Assembly (NCBI GenBank): GCA_031420735.1
Contig: JANONH010000279.1
Span: 1-35,343 of the forward strand
Source: Methylibium sp.
Lineage (GTDB): Bacteria; Pseudomonadota; Gammaproteobacteria; Burkholderiales; Burkholderiaceae_C
Reading direction: 5' to 3'
Length of the DNA: 35,343 nucleotides
Position 1 is the first letter of the stretch; each line of letters starts with the position of its first letter. The notes under the pieces are model-generated. The model saw only the letters and a list, made by a program, of their open reading frames with translations. It was not told the origin of the DNA and searched no databases. This document shows, in pieces, positions 26,122 through 35,080 of the stretch. Position numbers and translations under genes: made by a program.

Positions 26122-26865
26122 TCAATGCGGCGTGCGCGCCACCACCCACACCTGCACGTCGGAGCAGCCGGCTTGCAAAAGCACGCGGCTCGCCTCGGCG
26201 AGCGTGGCGCCGGTCGTCATGACGTCGTCCACCAAGGCGACTGCGCGGCCGCGCATGGCAGTTTGGGCCAGCGGCTCAGCGGCGAACGCGCCGCGCACGT
26301 TGGCCGCGCGGCGCGCACGCGGCAAGCTCGTCTGGCGATGCGTGGCGGCCACGCGCAGCAGCCAAGCCGGCTCGAAATTCAGAGCGAGCCGGCGCGACAC
26401 CGCGGCCGCCAGCAGCGCCGCCTGGTTGTAGCCACGCTCGCGCAGCCGCGCATCGGCGAGTGGCACCGGCACCACTGCGTCGACCGCCGGCAGCGCGGCA
26501 AGGCGCACCTGCTCGGCCAGCCGCAGTGCCAGAGCCGGCATCAGGTCGAGCGCGTCGCGGTATTTCAAGGCGACCAGCAAGCCGTCCCAGGGGTAGGCAT
26601 AGTCGCAGGCGGCGAGCGCCTGCGACCATGGCGGCGGGTCGCGCAGGCAGGCGCCGCAGGGGCTCGCCACGCCAAGGCGACAAGCGCAGCGCGGGCACCT
26701 GAGGCCGGGCGGCGAGAAACGCGCAAGGCAGTCGCCGCACAGCCCGGCTTCGCGGCCCGCGGTGTGGCCGCGGCAAACGGCGCAGCGGTTCGGCCAACGG
26801 CGCGTTGCGAGCCAGGCCGCCATGCGCGCAAGAGTCGAGTCGGCGGGCGGCAGGGGCAGGGGCAT
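26122..26865 (-). CDS. comF: ComF/GntX-family protein (double zinc ribbon plus PRTase fold)
   Basis: CAVC, CGDC, CPRC, CGAC; VPVPL...RGYNQA; LVDDVMTTGAT. Alternative start at 26823. Confidence 0.92.
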   Translation of the reverse strand: MPLPLPPADSTLARMAAWLATRRWPNRCAVCRGHTAGREAGLCGDCLARFSPPGLRCPRCACRLGVASPCGACLRDPPPWSQALAACDYAYPWDGLLVALKYRDALDLMPALALRLAEQVRLAALPAVDAVVPVPLADARLRERGYNQAALLAAAVSRRLALNFEPAWLLRVAATHRQTSLPRARRAANVRGAFAAEPLAQTAMRGRAVALVDDVMTTGATLAEASRVLLQAGCSDVQVWVVARTPH

Positions 26866-26870
26866 GGGTC

Positions 26871-26878
26871 AATATACT
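26871..26878. promoter_or_regulatory. Overlapping bidirectional -10 elements (AATATACT)
   Basis: TATACT on + (26873-26878) and TATATT on - (26876-26871), the only AT-rich patch in the 22-bp gap between divergent ATGs at 26865 and 26888. Confidence 0.6.
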
Positions 26879-26887
26879 GCCCGGCCC

Positions 26888-27844
26888 ATGCCGCTTCCCG
26901 CCGTCTCGCCTTCGCCGGGAGCCCACCCACACGCCGTGCGCGCCGTGTTGCGCCGCGCCGAGCGGCGTGCCGCTGCCGGCGCGGCGGTGGCGCCGTGGCT
27001 GCACGGGGAGATCGCCCGTCGCATGGCGTCGCGGCTGCTTGCCATCAAGGCGCAACCCGCGACCGTGCTCGATTGGTGGGCGGCCCTGGGTGGCGGCGCT
27101 GCCGCCCTGCGCGAGCGCTACCCCGAGGCGCTAATCCACGCGGTGGAGCCCACACCCGCGCTGCGCGCGCACAGCGCGCAAGCCGCGTGCGCCCCCTGGT
27201 GGACGCTGCGGCGTTGGCGTTCGGGTTGGCGTCGAGCGTCGGCGCCCGCCTGCCTCGAAGACGAGGCGCCGCGCGACGGTGGCGCCCAGCTCGTCTGGGC
27301 CAACATGATGCTTCACTGGGTGGCCGACCCCGGGCCGCGCATGTCGGCCTGGCATGCGGCCCTGGCGGTCGACGGTTTCGTGATGTTCTCGTGCCTCGGC
27401 CCCGACACGCTTAAAGAGATGAGAGCGTTGTACCGAAGCCTGGGGATGCCGCCGCCCGGCCACGCCTTCATCGACATGCACGACCTCGGCGACGCTTTGC
27501 TCGCCAGTGGCTTCTGCGACCCGGTGATGGACATGGAAACGCTCACCCTCACCTGGGCCGACGTCGACGCCTTGCTGGCCGAGCTGCGCGGGCTGGGGGG
27601 CAATGCCGCGGCGGATCGCTTCGTCGGCTTGCGCACGCCGCGCTGGCTCGAGCGGCTGCACCAGGCCTTGACCCTGGCACTCGCGGGCCCCGACGGCCGC
27701 TTGCGCCTGAGCTTCGAGGTGATCTACGGCCACGCCTTCAAGCCCCCCCTGCGGCTGCCGCTCGCGCCCGAGACACGGGTTTCGCTCGACACGCTGCGCG
27801 GCATGGCGCGCGCAAGCCGCAGACTGACCCCGCCGCCGCGCTAA
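26888..27844 (+). CDS. BioC-like class I methyltransferase-fold protein
   Basis: WLHGEIARRMASRL, LVWANMMLHW, FSCLGPDTLKE, FIDMHDLGDAL, DPVMDME, FEVIYGHA. SAM motif I is degenerate (VLDWWAALGGG). Start uncertain. Confidence 0.8.
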   Translation: MPLPAVSPSPGAHPHAVRAVLRRAERRAAAGAAVAPWLHGEIARRMASRLLAIKAQPATVLDWWAALGGGAAALRERYPEALIHAVEPTPALRAHSAQAACAPWWTLRRWRSGWRRASAPACLEDEAPRDGGAQLVWANMMLHWVADPGPRMSAWHAALAVDGFVMFSCLGPDTLKEMRALYRSLGMPPPGHAFIDMHDLGDALLASGFCDPVMDMETLTLTWADVDALLAELRGLGGNAAADRFVGLRTPRWLERLHQALTLALAGPDGRLRLSFEVIYGHAFKPPLRLPLAPETRVSLDTLRGMARASRRLTPPPR

Positions 27845-27894
27845 GAGCCGACGCGCTGCTAGACTGCGCGCCGCACCCCCCTGTCACAAGCAGC

Positions 27895-28398
27895 ATGTCA
27901 GCGCCCCTCGAACGCCGCGGCGAATCGCCCGGCGAGCCCCCGCAGTCCGCGGCCCAGTGGACGCTTCGGCGCAATTGCTCGCTGAGCCCGGCCCAGATGC
28001 TGTGCGTATATGCATCGCTGTGCGTGATCTCTTTGGGAATCGCCACATACTTCTGGTTGATCGGCGCCACTTTGGTGATGCCGTTCGCCTGGGCTGAGGT
28101 GCTGGCTTTCGGCGCGGCCCTGCTCGCCTACGCACGCCATGCGGGCGACTTCGAGCTCATCACGCTGGAGCGCGAGCGACTCACGGTCGAGCATGTGTGT
28201 GGCAGTCGAGTCGAGCGTTGCGAACTCGTCGCCCCGAGCGTGCAGGTGGGCCAAGGCCGCAAGACCGGGGCCCTGATCAGCTTGTCCGCTCGAGGCCGCG
28301 AGGTCCAGGTCGGCCGCTATGTGCGGCCCGAACGGCGAGCGGCACTGGCCGAGGAATTTAGATTCGCTTTGCGGCGGAGCACGGCGCCGAGCGGCTGA
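27895..28398 (+). CDS. DUF2244-like membrane protein
   Basis: WTLRRNCSLSP, two TM helices, YARHAGDFE, VGRYV; position directly upstream of coxB. Confidence 0.8.
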   Translation: MSAPLERRGESPGEPPQSAAQWTLRRNCSLSPAQMLCVYASLCVISLGIATYFWLIGATLVMPFAWAEVLAFGAALLAYARHAGDFELITLERERLTVEHVCGSRVERCELVAPSVQVGQGRKTGALISLSARGREVQVGRYVRPERRAALAEEFRFALRRSTAPSG

Positions 28399-28433
28399 GG
28401 CGGCGCTCGAATGAGTTTGTTTTGGAAGCGAGC

Positions 28434-29636
28434 ATGATGAAGACGATCCATCCCCTTTTGGGTGCAGCCGGCGCACTGCGCCACCGCGCGTTGCAGTGCG
28501 GCCTTGGCTTGGCGGCGTTCGTGCACAGCGCAGGCGCCCTGGCTGTGGTTAACGACCTGCCCGGCGGCCCGGCGGTCAACCAACTCGGCCTGCACCCGGC
28601 GGTGACCCGCATCGCCGCCGAGCAGCACTGGCTCCACTATTTCATGATGATCGTCTGTACGGTGATTTTCCTCGCCGTCTTCGGCGTGATGTTCTATTCG
28701 ATGTTCAAGCACCGAAAATCCAAGGGCGCCAAGCCGGCAAACTTTCACGAATCGACCCTGGTCGAGGTGGTCTGGACCGCGGTGCCGTTCGTGATCGTGA
28801 TCGCCATGGCGCTGCCCGCCACCAAGGTGGTGGTCGCCATGAAGGACACCACCAACGCCGATCTCACCGTCAAGGTCACCGGCTACCAGTGGAAGTGGGG
28901 TTACGACTACATCAAGGGCGAGGGCGAGGGCATCGCTTTCGTCTCCACGCTCGACAACACGCACCGCATGGCGTCCAACAGCGGCGATCCCGAGCCGATG
29001 GACGACTACCTGCTCAAGGTCGACAACCCCTTGGTCGTGCCGGTGGGCAAGAAGGTGCGCATCATCACGACCGCCAACGACGTGATCCACGCCTTTGCAG
29101 TCAACTCGCTCGGCATCAAGCAGGACGCGATTCCCGGTTTCGTGCGCGACACTTGGTTCAACGCCGAGAAAACCGGTGACTTTTACGGCCAGTGCCAAGA
29201 GCTGTGTGGCAAGGAGCACGCCTACATGCCCATCCATGTGAAGGTGTTGTCCCAGGACGACTACAGCGAGTGGGTGCAGGGCAAGAAAAAAGAGCTGGCG
29301 GCCAAGGCCGACGACCCCGCCAAGGTCTGGGCGCTGCCCGAACTGGTGGCACGCGGCCAGCAGGTCTACGGCGCCAACTGCACCGTCTGCCACCAGGCCA
29401 GCGGCAAGGGCGCCGGCGCCATCAAGGCGGTGGACGGCTCGCCCGTGGTGCTGGATGCCGACAAGGCCAAACAGATCGCCGTGCTCCTCAACGGGCAGGC
29501 TGGTGGCGCCATGCCAGCATGGAAGCACCTCTCCGATACCGATCTCGCCGCGGTGATCACCTACACCAAGAACACTTGGTCCAACCAAACCGGCCAGATC
29601 GTGCAGCCCACCGACATCGTCGCGGGGCGCAAGTGA
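28434..29636 (+). CDS. coxB: Cytochrome c oxidase subunit II with C-terminal cytochrome c
   Basis: GYQWKWGY, CuA ligands DVIH...CQELCGKEHAYM; C-terminal CTVCH and AMPAW. Confidence 0.96.
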   Translation: MMKTIHPLLGAAGALRHRALQCGLGLAAFVHSAGALAVVNDLPGGPAVNQLGLHPAVTRIAAEQHWLHYFMMIVCTVIFLAVFGVMFYSMFKHRKSKGAKPANFHESTLVEVVWTAVPFVIVIAMALPATKVVVAMKDTTNADLTVKVTGYQWKWGYDYIKGEGEGIAFVSTLDNTHRMASNSGDPEPMDDYLLKVDNPLVVPVGKKVRIITTANDVIHAFAVNSLGIKQDAIPGFVRDTWFNAEKTGDFYGQCQELCGKEHAYMPIHVKVLSQDDYSEWVQGKKKELAAKADDPAKVWALPELVARGQQVYGANCTVCHQASGKGAGAIKAVDGSPVVLDADKAKQIAVLLNGQAGGAMPAWKHLSDTDLAAVITYTKNTWSNQTGQIVQPTDIVAGRK

Positions 29637-29688
29637 TCCCGCGCCCTTCTTCACGCAAGCACCGAACCCCCAGTCATAGGATCCGACC

Positions 29689-31308
29689 ATGAGCGCAGTA
29701 CTGGACCACCCCGCGGGCCATGCCCACGACGAGCCTCACGAGCATCCGCACGGCTGGCGGCGCTGGGTCTACGCCACCAACCACAAGGACATCGGCACGC
29801 TCTACCTGGTGTTCTCGCTGACCATGCTGATGTTCGGCGGCGTGCTGGCCATGGGGATACGGGCCGAGTTGTTCCAGCCCGGCCTGCAATTGGTCAACCC
29901 GGAGCTGTTCAACCAGCTCACCACCATGCACGGCCTCATCATGGTGTTCGGCGCCATCATGCCGGCCTTCGTGGGCTTCGCGAACTGGATGGTGCCCCTG
30001 CAGGTGGGCGCGGCCGACATGGCCTTCGCCCGCATGAACAACTTCAGCTTCTGGCTGTTGATCCCGGCCGGCCTCATTCTCGTGGGCTCGTTCTTCATGC
30101 CCGGCGGCGCACCGGCGGCCGGCTGGACGCTCTATGCGCCGCTCACGCTGCAGATGGGCCCTTCGATGGACGCCAGCATCTTCGCGATGCACATCCTCGG
30201 CGCGAGTTCGATCATGGGCTCGATCAACATCATCGTGACCATCCTCAACATGCGCGCGCCCGGCATGACGCTCATGAAGATGCCGATGTTCTGCTGGACC
30301 TGGCTCATCACCGCTTACCTGCTGATCGCCGTGATGCCGGTGCTGGCCGGCGCCATCACGATGACGCTCACCGACCGGCATTTCGGCACCAGCTTCTTCA
30401 ACCCCGCCGGCGGCGGCGACCCGGTGATGTACCAGCACATTTTCTGGTTCTTCGGCCACCCCGAGGTCTACATCATGATCCTGCCGGCCTTCGGCATCAT
30501 CAGCCACGTGGTGCCGGCGTTTTCGCGCAAGCGGCTGTTCGGCTACACCTCGATGGTGTATGCCACGTCGTCGATCGCCATCCTTTCGTTCATCGTCTGG
30601 GCGCACCACATGTTCACCACCGGCATGCCGGTGACGGGGCAGTTGTTCTTCATGTACGCCACCATGCTCATCGCGGTGCCCACGGCGGTAAAGATCTTTA
30701 ACTGGATCGCCACCATGTGGCGCGGCTCGATGACTTTCGAGACGCCGATGCTGTTCGCCGTCGGCTTCATCTTCGTGTTCACCATGGGCGGCTTCACCGG
30801 CCTCATCCTGGCCATCGCGCCGGTCGACATCCAGTTGCAGGACACCTACTACGTGGTGGCGCACTTCCACTACGTGCTGGTGGCCGGCTCGCTTTACGGC
30901 ATGTTCGCCGGCTACTACTTCTGGGCGCCCAAGTGGACCGGCGTCATGTACTCCGAGGCGCGCGGCAAGATCCATTTCTGGGGCTCGCTGATCTTCTTCA
31001 ACCTGGCTTTCTTCCCGATGCACTTCCTGGGCCTTGCGGGCATGCCACGCCGCTATGCCGACTACCCCATGCAGTTCGCCGACTTCAACGCCGTGGTCTC
31101 GATCGGCGCCTTCGGCTTCGGGCTGATGCAGGTCTACTTCATCGTCGCAGTCGTCATCCCCGGCATGATGGGCAAGGGCGAGAAGGCCCCGCAAAAGCCC
31201 TGGGAAGGCGCCGAAGGCCTGGAGTGGGAAGTGCCCTCGCCGGCGCCCTTTCACACCTTCGAGATGCCGCCCAAGCTCAATGCCGCGGCCAACCGCATCG
31301 TCGCCTGA
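29689..31308 (+). CDS. ctaD: Cytochrome c oxidase subunit I (A1 type)
   Basis: TNHKDIGTLY, FGHPEVY, WAHHMF, AHFHY, GMPRRY. Confidence 0.98.
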   Translation: MSAVLDHPAGHAHDEPHEHPHGWRRWVYATNHKDIGTLYLVFSLTMLMFGGVLAMGIRAELFQPGLQLVNPELFNQLTTMHGLIMVFGAIMPAFVGFANWMVPLQVGAADMAFARMNNFSFWLLIPAGLILVGSFFMPGGAPAAGWTLYAPLTLQMGPSMDASIFAMHILGASSIMGSINIIVTILNMRAPGMTLMKMPMFCWTWLITAYLLIAVMPVLAGAITMTLTDRHFGTSFFNPAGGGDPVMYQHIFWFFGHPEVYIMILPAFGIISHVVPAFSRKRLFGYTSMVYATSSIAILSFIVWAHHMFTTGMPVTGQLFFMYATMLIAVPTAVKIFNWIATMWRGSMTFETPMLFAVGFIFVFTMGGFTGLILAIAPVDIQLQDTYYVVAHFHYVLVAGSLYGMFAGYYFWAPKWTGVMYSEARGKIHFWGSLIFFNLAFFPMHFLGLAGMPRRYADYPMQFADFNAVVSIGAFGFGLMQVYFIVAVVIPGMMGKGEKAPQKPWEGAEGLEWEVPSPAPFHTFEMPPKLNAAANRIVA

Positions 31309-31350
31309 GCCGAGGCGACCAAGAGCATGCGGCATAGCACTGTCCACACC

Positions 31351-31461
31351 ATGGCCACGACACCCGAGCAACGCAAGCGCAACCTTCGCCTGGGGATGAT
31401 CCTCGCCTCGGTTGCGGCCGCGTTCGCGCTCGGCTTCGTGGCCAAGATGCTGCTGCTGTGA
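31351..31461 (+). CDS. Small single-TM protein in the cytochrome oxidase cluster (36 aa)
   Basis: Manual translation MATTPEQRKRNLRLGMILASVAAAFALGFVAKMLLL*; too short for the ORF track; in-frame upstream ATG at 31327. Confidence 0.75.
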   Translation: MATTPEQRKRNLRLGMILASVAAAFALGFVAKMLLL

Positions 31462-31474
31462 GAGCGAGCCTGCG

Positions 31475-32095
31475 ATGATCGACACGTTGGGGCGGGGCGC
31501 GCGGCGCGACAACCGCCGCATGTTGCGCAAGCTGGCGGTCGTCACGCTTGCGATGTTTGGCTTTGGCTATGCGCTGGTGCCGATGTACGAAAGCATCTGC
31601 GCGGCGCTTGGCATCAATGTGCTGAGCTTGGCCGAGCGCAATGCCACCGGCATGGGCACCGGCACCGCTGGCAACGCGCAGATCGACCGCAGCCGCACCG
31701 TCACCGTGGAGTTCGACGCCAATGCGCGCGGCCCCTGGGACTTCAAGCCCGCGGTGCGCTCGCTTGAAGTGCACCCGGGCGAGCTCACGACGGTGATGTA
31801 CGAGTTTCGCAACCTGCAGGCGCGGGCGATGTCGGCGCAGGCGATTCCGAGTTACGCGCCGCAGCAGGCAATGCCGCATTTCAACAAGATCGAGTGCTTT
31901 TGCTTCAGCGAGTACCGCCTGCAGCCCGGCGAGGCCCGGCAGTGGCCGGTGGTGTTCTACATCGACCCCAAGCTCCCGCGCGATGTGAAGACCATCACCT
32001 TGAGCTACACCTTTTTCGAGATCGGCGGCAAGGCGGTCGCTGCCACCCCGAAGGCTCCCGAGGCCGTGTCGGAGAAGCGCGGTGCGCCCGCATGA
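31475..32095 (+). CDS. ctaG: Cytochrome c oxidase assembly protein CtaG/Cox11
   Basis: MFGFGYALVPMY, QAIPSYAP, copper motif KIECFCF, TLSYTFF. Confidence 0.95.
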   Translation: MIDTLGRGARRDNRRMLRKLAVVTLAMFGFGYALVPMYESICAALGINVLSLAERNATGMGTGTAGNAQIDRSRTVTVEFDANARGPWDFKPAVRSLEVHPGELTTVMYEFRNLQARAMSAQAIPSYAPQQAMPHFNKIECFCFSEYRLQPGEARQWPVVFYIDPKLPRDVKTITLSYTFFEIGGKAVAATPKAPEAVSEKRGAPA

Positions 32096-32343
32096 CGCCG
32101 TGGACTCCCGAGCCCGGCGCGCAGCAGCAGCAGGCGCTGCGACCCCAGCTCTCGTTTCTGGGCACGCTGCGCTCGGTGGCCTGGGGCTTTTTTGGCGTGC
32201 GCAAGTCGTCGGAGCACGAACGGGACCTGTCGCTGGTCAATCCCATCCACCTCGTCGTGGCCGGCGTCCTCGGGGCGCTGCTGTTGGTTTTGCTGCTGAT
32301 CGTCCTCGTGCGGTGGGTGGTCGCCAGCGGCGTGGCAACCTGA
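32092..32343 (+). CDS. DUF2970-like small membrane protein
   Basis: From ATG 32092 (ATGA overlap): ...SFLGTLRSVAWGFFGVRKS...DL..VNPIHLVVAGV plus a TM helix. Confidence 0.8.
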   Translation: MTPWTPEPGAQQQQALRPQLSFLGTLRSVAWGFFGVRKSSEHERDLSLVNPIHLVVAGVLGALLLVLLLIVLVRWVVASGVAT

Positions 32344-32407
32344 TGGCGCGCCTCCAGGGCCAGCCGCAGTCGAGAACAAAGAACCGCGTTTCAAGGAGAT
32401 AGACCTC

Positions 32408-33298
32408 ATGTCGGCAGCATCCCCCGGGCATCAAGCGCAGCCCTATTACTTCGTACCGCCGCCCTCCCGGCACCCGGTCATGGCGGCCATCGGCCTGTTC
32501 TTCATGATCGTCGGCGGCGGCCAGTGGATCAATGGTCAGGGCTGGGGCGCCTACCTGGTGTTCTTTGGCCTGGCCTGGCTCGCCTTCGTGCTGCAGCAGT
32601 GGTTCCGCCAAGCGGTGGGCGAAAGCGAAAGTGGCCTCTACAGCCAACGCATCGACGCCTCCTTTCGCTGGAGCATGAGCTGGTTCATTTTTTCCGAAGT
32701 CATGTTCTTCGGCGCCTTCTTCGGTGCCCTCTACTGGACCCGCGTGCATGCGGTGCCCAACCTCGGCGACCTCGACAACGCCCTGCTGTGGCCCGACTTC
32801 AAGGCCTTCTGGCCCGGCCCCACGGTGCCCGGCGCCACCGCCTCGCCTGCGGGCACGGTGGAGCCCTTCACGACCATAGGGCCCTGGCCGCTGCCCACCA
32901 TCAACACGGCGCTCTTGCTCAGCTCGGGCGTCACGCTCACCATCGCCCACCACGCGCTGCTGGCTTCGCAGCGCACCAAGACCATCCTGTGGATGTGGGT
33001 CACCGTGGTGCTCGGCGCGAGCTTCCTGCTGGTCCAGGGCTATGAATACGTGCATGCCTACAACGACCTCAACCTGAAGCTGAGCAGCGGCATCTACGGC
33101 TCGACCTTTTTCATGCTGACCGGCTTCCACGGTTTCCACGTCTTCGTCGGCATGCTGATGCTGCTGTTCATCACCGTGCGCCTCATGAAGGGCCACTTCA
33201 CCGCCGAGCGTCACTTTGGCTTCGAGGGCGCGGCGTGGTACTGGCACTTCGTCGACGTGGTGTGGCTCGGCCTCTACGTGGTGGTCTACTGGATGTGA
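32408..33298 (+). CDS. coxC: Cytochrome c oxidase subunit III
   Basis: WFIFSEVMFF, TGFHGFHV, AAWYWHFVDVVW; AGGAG RBS. Confidence 0.97.
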   Translation: MSAASPGHQAQPYYFVPPPSRHPVMAAIGLFFMIVGGGQWINGQGWGAYLVFFGLAWLAFVLQQWFRQAVGESESGLYSQRIDASFRWSMSWFIFSEVMFFGAFFGALYWTRVHAVPNLGDLDNALLWPDFKAFWPGPTVPGATASPAGTVEPFTTIGPWPLPTINTALLLSSGVTLTIAHHALLASQRTKTILWMWVTVVLGASFLLVQGYEYVHAYNDLNLKLSSGIYGSTFFMLTGFHGFHVFVGMLMLLFITVRLMKGHFTAERHFGFEGAAWYWHFVDVVWLGLYVVVYWM

Positions 33299-33323
33299 CC
33301 CTCGCTTGGGCCGCCGGCCTCTC

Positions 33324-33349
33324 AAAAGAGCGCCGCGCGGCGCTCTTTT
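33324..33349. terminator. Bidirectional intrinsic terminator
   Basis: Perfect 26-bp palindrome AAAAGAGCGCCGCGCGGCGCTCTTTT between the convergent coxC and small TM gene. Confidence 0.85.
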
Positions 33350-33359
33350 CGCCGACCGT

Positions 33360-33584
33360 TCAGCGGCGCAGGGGCAAGCCGGTCGGCTCGATCCAGCCGA
33401 GTTGGTAGCTCACCAGGATGAACACGAACAGCGCCACCGACAGGCCCACCCGCCAGGCCAGCGCTTGCAGCATGCGTCGCGGCTTGGCCTGGCCGTCACG
33501 GCTGCCGCCGCGCAGCATGGCACGCCCGGCCGAGGCCAGGGCAAGCAAGATCGCCACGAATGCGAACAGCACAATCCAACTCAT
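33360..33584 (-). CDS. Twin-transmembrane small protein (DUF2909-like)
   Basis: MSWIVLFAFVAILLALASAG...MLQALAWRVGLSVALF...GWIEPTG, 74 aa; antisense position between coxC and SURF1 is typical of this family. Confidence 0.85.
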   Translation of the reverse strand: MSWIVLFAFVAILLALASAGRAMLRGGSRDGQAKPRRMLQALAWRVGLSVALFVFILVSYQLGWIEPTGLPLRR

Positions 33585-33676
33585 GGTCTCACTGTATGGC
33601 ATCCGCCGGACTGCCGAGTCGGCCACGGCATGAAGCCTCGCCGGGCGGTGGCCTTGGCAGCTTCTGCCGGACTGCC

Positions 33677-34414
33677 ATGTCGGGCATGAGGCGTCGCTGG
33701 GCAGTGGCCTTGGCGGCGCTCGCAACCGTCGCGCTGACCGCCGGCCTCGCTGCCTGGCAGTTGCACCGGGCGGCGCAAAAGGAGGCCTTGCATTCGAGCT
33801 TCGAGGCCCGCAGCGCGCTCGCTCCGCTGGCGCCTGCGGCGCTGGCGCGCGACGCCGAAGGCCTGGCCGCGCAGCAGCATCGCCGCATTGCGCTCAGCGG
33901 GCGCTGGCTGCCCGAGCGAACCATCTACCTCGACAATCGCCAGATGAACGGCCGCGTCGGCTTCATCGTCCTCACGCCCTTGGAGCTGGCGTCGGGCGAC
34001 GCCGTGATGGTGCAGCGCGGCTTTGCGCCGCGCGATTTTCGAGACCGCCAGAAGCTGCCCGCGGCGCCACTTCCGGCGGCGGCCGCCAGCATCCTGGCCA
34101 CCATCGCTTCGCCGCCGGGAAAGCTTTATGCTTTCGCCGCGCAGGAAAGCGGCCCGCTTCGACAGAATCTCGACTTGGCAGGCTACTCCCGGGAGATCGG
34201 CGTGGCCTTGAGGCCGCTGTCGCTGCTGCAGGCGCAGGAAGGCGCGGCGCAGGACGGCCTGCTGCGCGACTGGCCCAAACCGGCCGCAGGCATCCACAAA
34301 CACTACGGCTATGCGTTTCAGTGGGGAGCGCTGGCCGCCCTGACCATCGGCCTGTATGTCTGGTTCCAATTTCTCGCGCCGCAGAGAGCACGACGCCGTG
34401 ATTCGCGAGCCTGA
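33677..34414 (+). CDS. SURF1-family cytochrome oxidase biogenesis protein
   Basis: LAAWQLHRAAQK, YLDNRQMNGRVGFIVLTPL, VQRGF, HYGYAFQW. Start 33677 or 33686. Confidence 0.92.
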   Translation: MSGMRRRWAVALAALATVALTAGLAAWQLHRAAQKEALHSSFEARSALAPLAPAALARDAEGLAAQQHRRIALSGRWLPERTIYLDNRQMNGRVGFIVLTPLELASGDAVMVQRGFAPRDFRDRQKLPAAPLPAAAASILATIASPPGKLYAFAAQESGPLRQNLDLAGYSREIGVALRPLSLLQAQEGAAQDGLLRDWPKPAAGIHKHYGYAFQWGALAALTIGLYVWFQFLAPQRARRRDSRA

Positions 34415-35069
34415 GCCTGCCGCCGAGCCGCTGAGCTTTGCCGTGCACAGCCTGCCTTCGCCAGCGCTGCCGCAAGTGCGCCAGGGGCGTCTTCAGATGC
34501 TGCTGGTACTGCTGGTTTGTGCCTTGCCGGTGCTCGCTTCGTATTTCACCTACTACGTCGTGCGACCGCAGGCCCGCAGCAACTACGGTGTACTGATCGA
34601 GCCGCAGCGCCCCATGCCGGGCTCGGCCGGTCTGTCGCTGTCGGACCTGCAGGGCCGCGCGATCGACCCGCAGAGCCTGCGGGGCCAGTGGCTGTTCGTG
34701 GTGGTGGCCGGCGGCGCCTGCGACGCGCTCTGCGAGCGCCAGATCTACCTGCAGCGCCAGTTGCGCGAAGCGCTCGGCAAGAACAAAGACCGCATCGATC
34801 GCGTCTGGCTGATCGACGATGCAGAGGCGCCGCGCGCCGACTTGCGCGCGGCGCTCGAAGGCGCCACCTTGCTGCGCGCACCCGCGGCTGCGCTGGCGGC
34901 CTGGCTGCAACCCGCGCCAGGGCAGCCGCTCGGGGCGCATTTCTACATCGTCGATCCCATGGGCAACTGGATGATGCGGATGCCCGCGCCCAGCGATCCG
35001 GCGCTCGTCAAGCGCGACCTTGAGCGGCTCATGCGCGGCTCGGCCAGCTGGGACACGGCGGGGCGCTGA
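34398..35069 (+). CDS. SCO-like / thioredoxin-fold membrane-anchored protein
   Basis: N-terminal TM, NYGVLI, LRGQW, CDALC (CxxxC), YIVDPMGNWMMR. GTG start inferred. Confidence 0.75.
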   Translation: MIREPEPAAEPLSFAVHSLPSPALPQVRQGRLQMLLVLLVCALPVLASYFTYYVVRPQARSNYGVLIEPQRPMPGSAGLSLSDLQGRAIDPQSLRGQWLFVVVAGGACDALCERQIYLQRQLREALGKNKDRIDRVWLIDDAEAPRADLRAALEGATLLRAPAAALAAWLQPAPGQPLGAHFYIVDPMGNWMMRMPAPSDPALVKRDLERLMRGSASWDTAGR

Positions 35070-35080
35070 GCGCCGCAAGC

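Noticed and set aside
26122-26865. Natural competence island or DNA uptake sequences near comF and the pil genes
   Set aside because: comF/gntX is near-universal, no other uptake genes are in the window, and I saw no recurring DUS-like motif.
29360-29636. Cytochrome c fused to CoxB as a novelty
   Set aside because: A well-known architecture in proteobacterial A-type oxidases.
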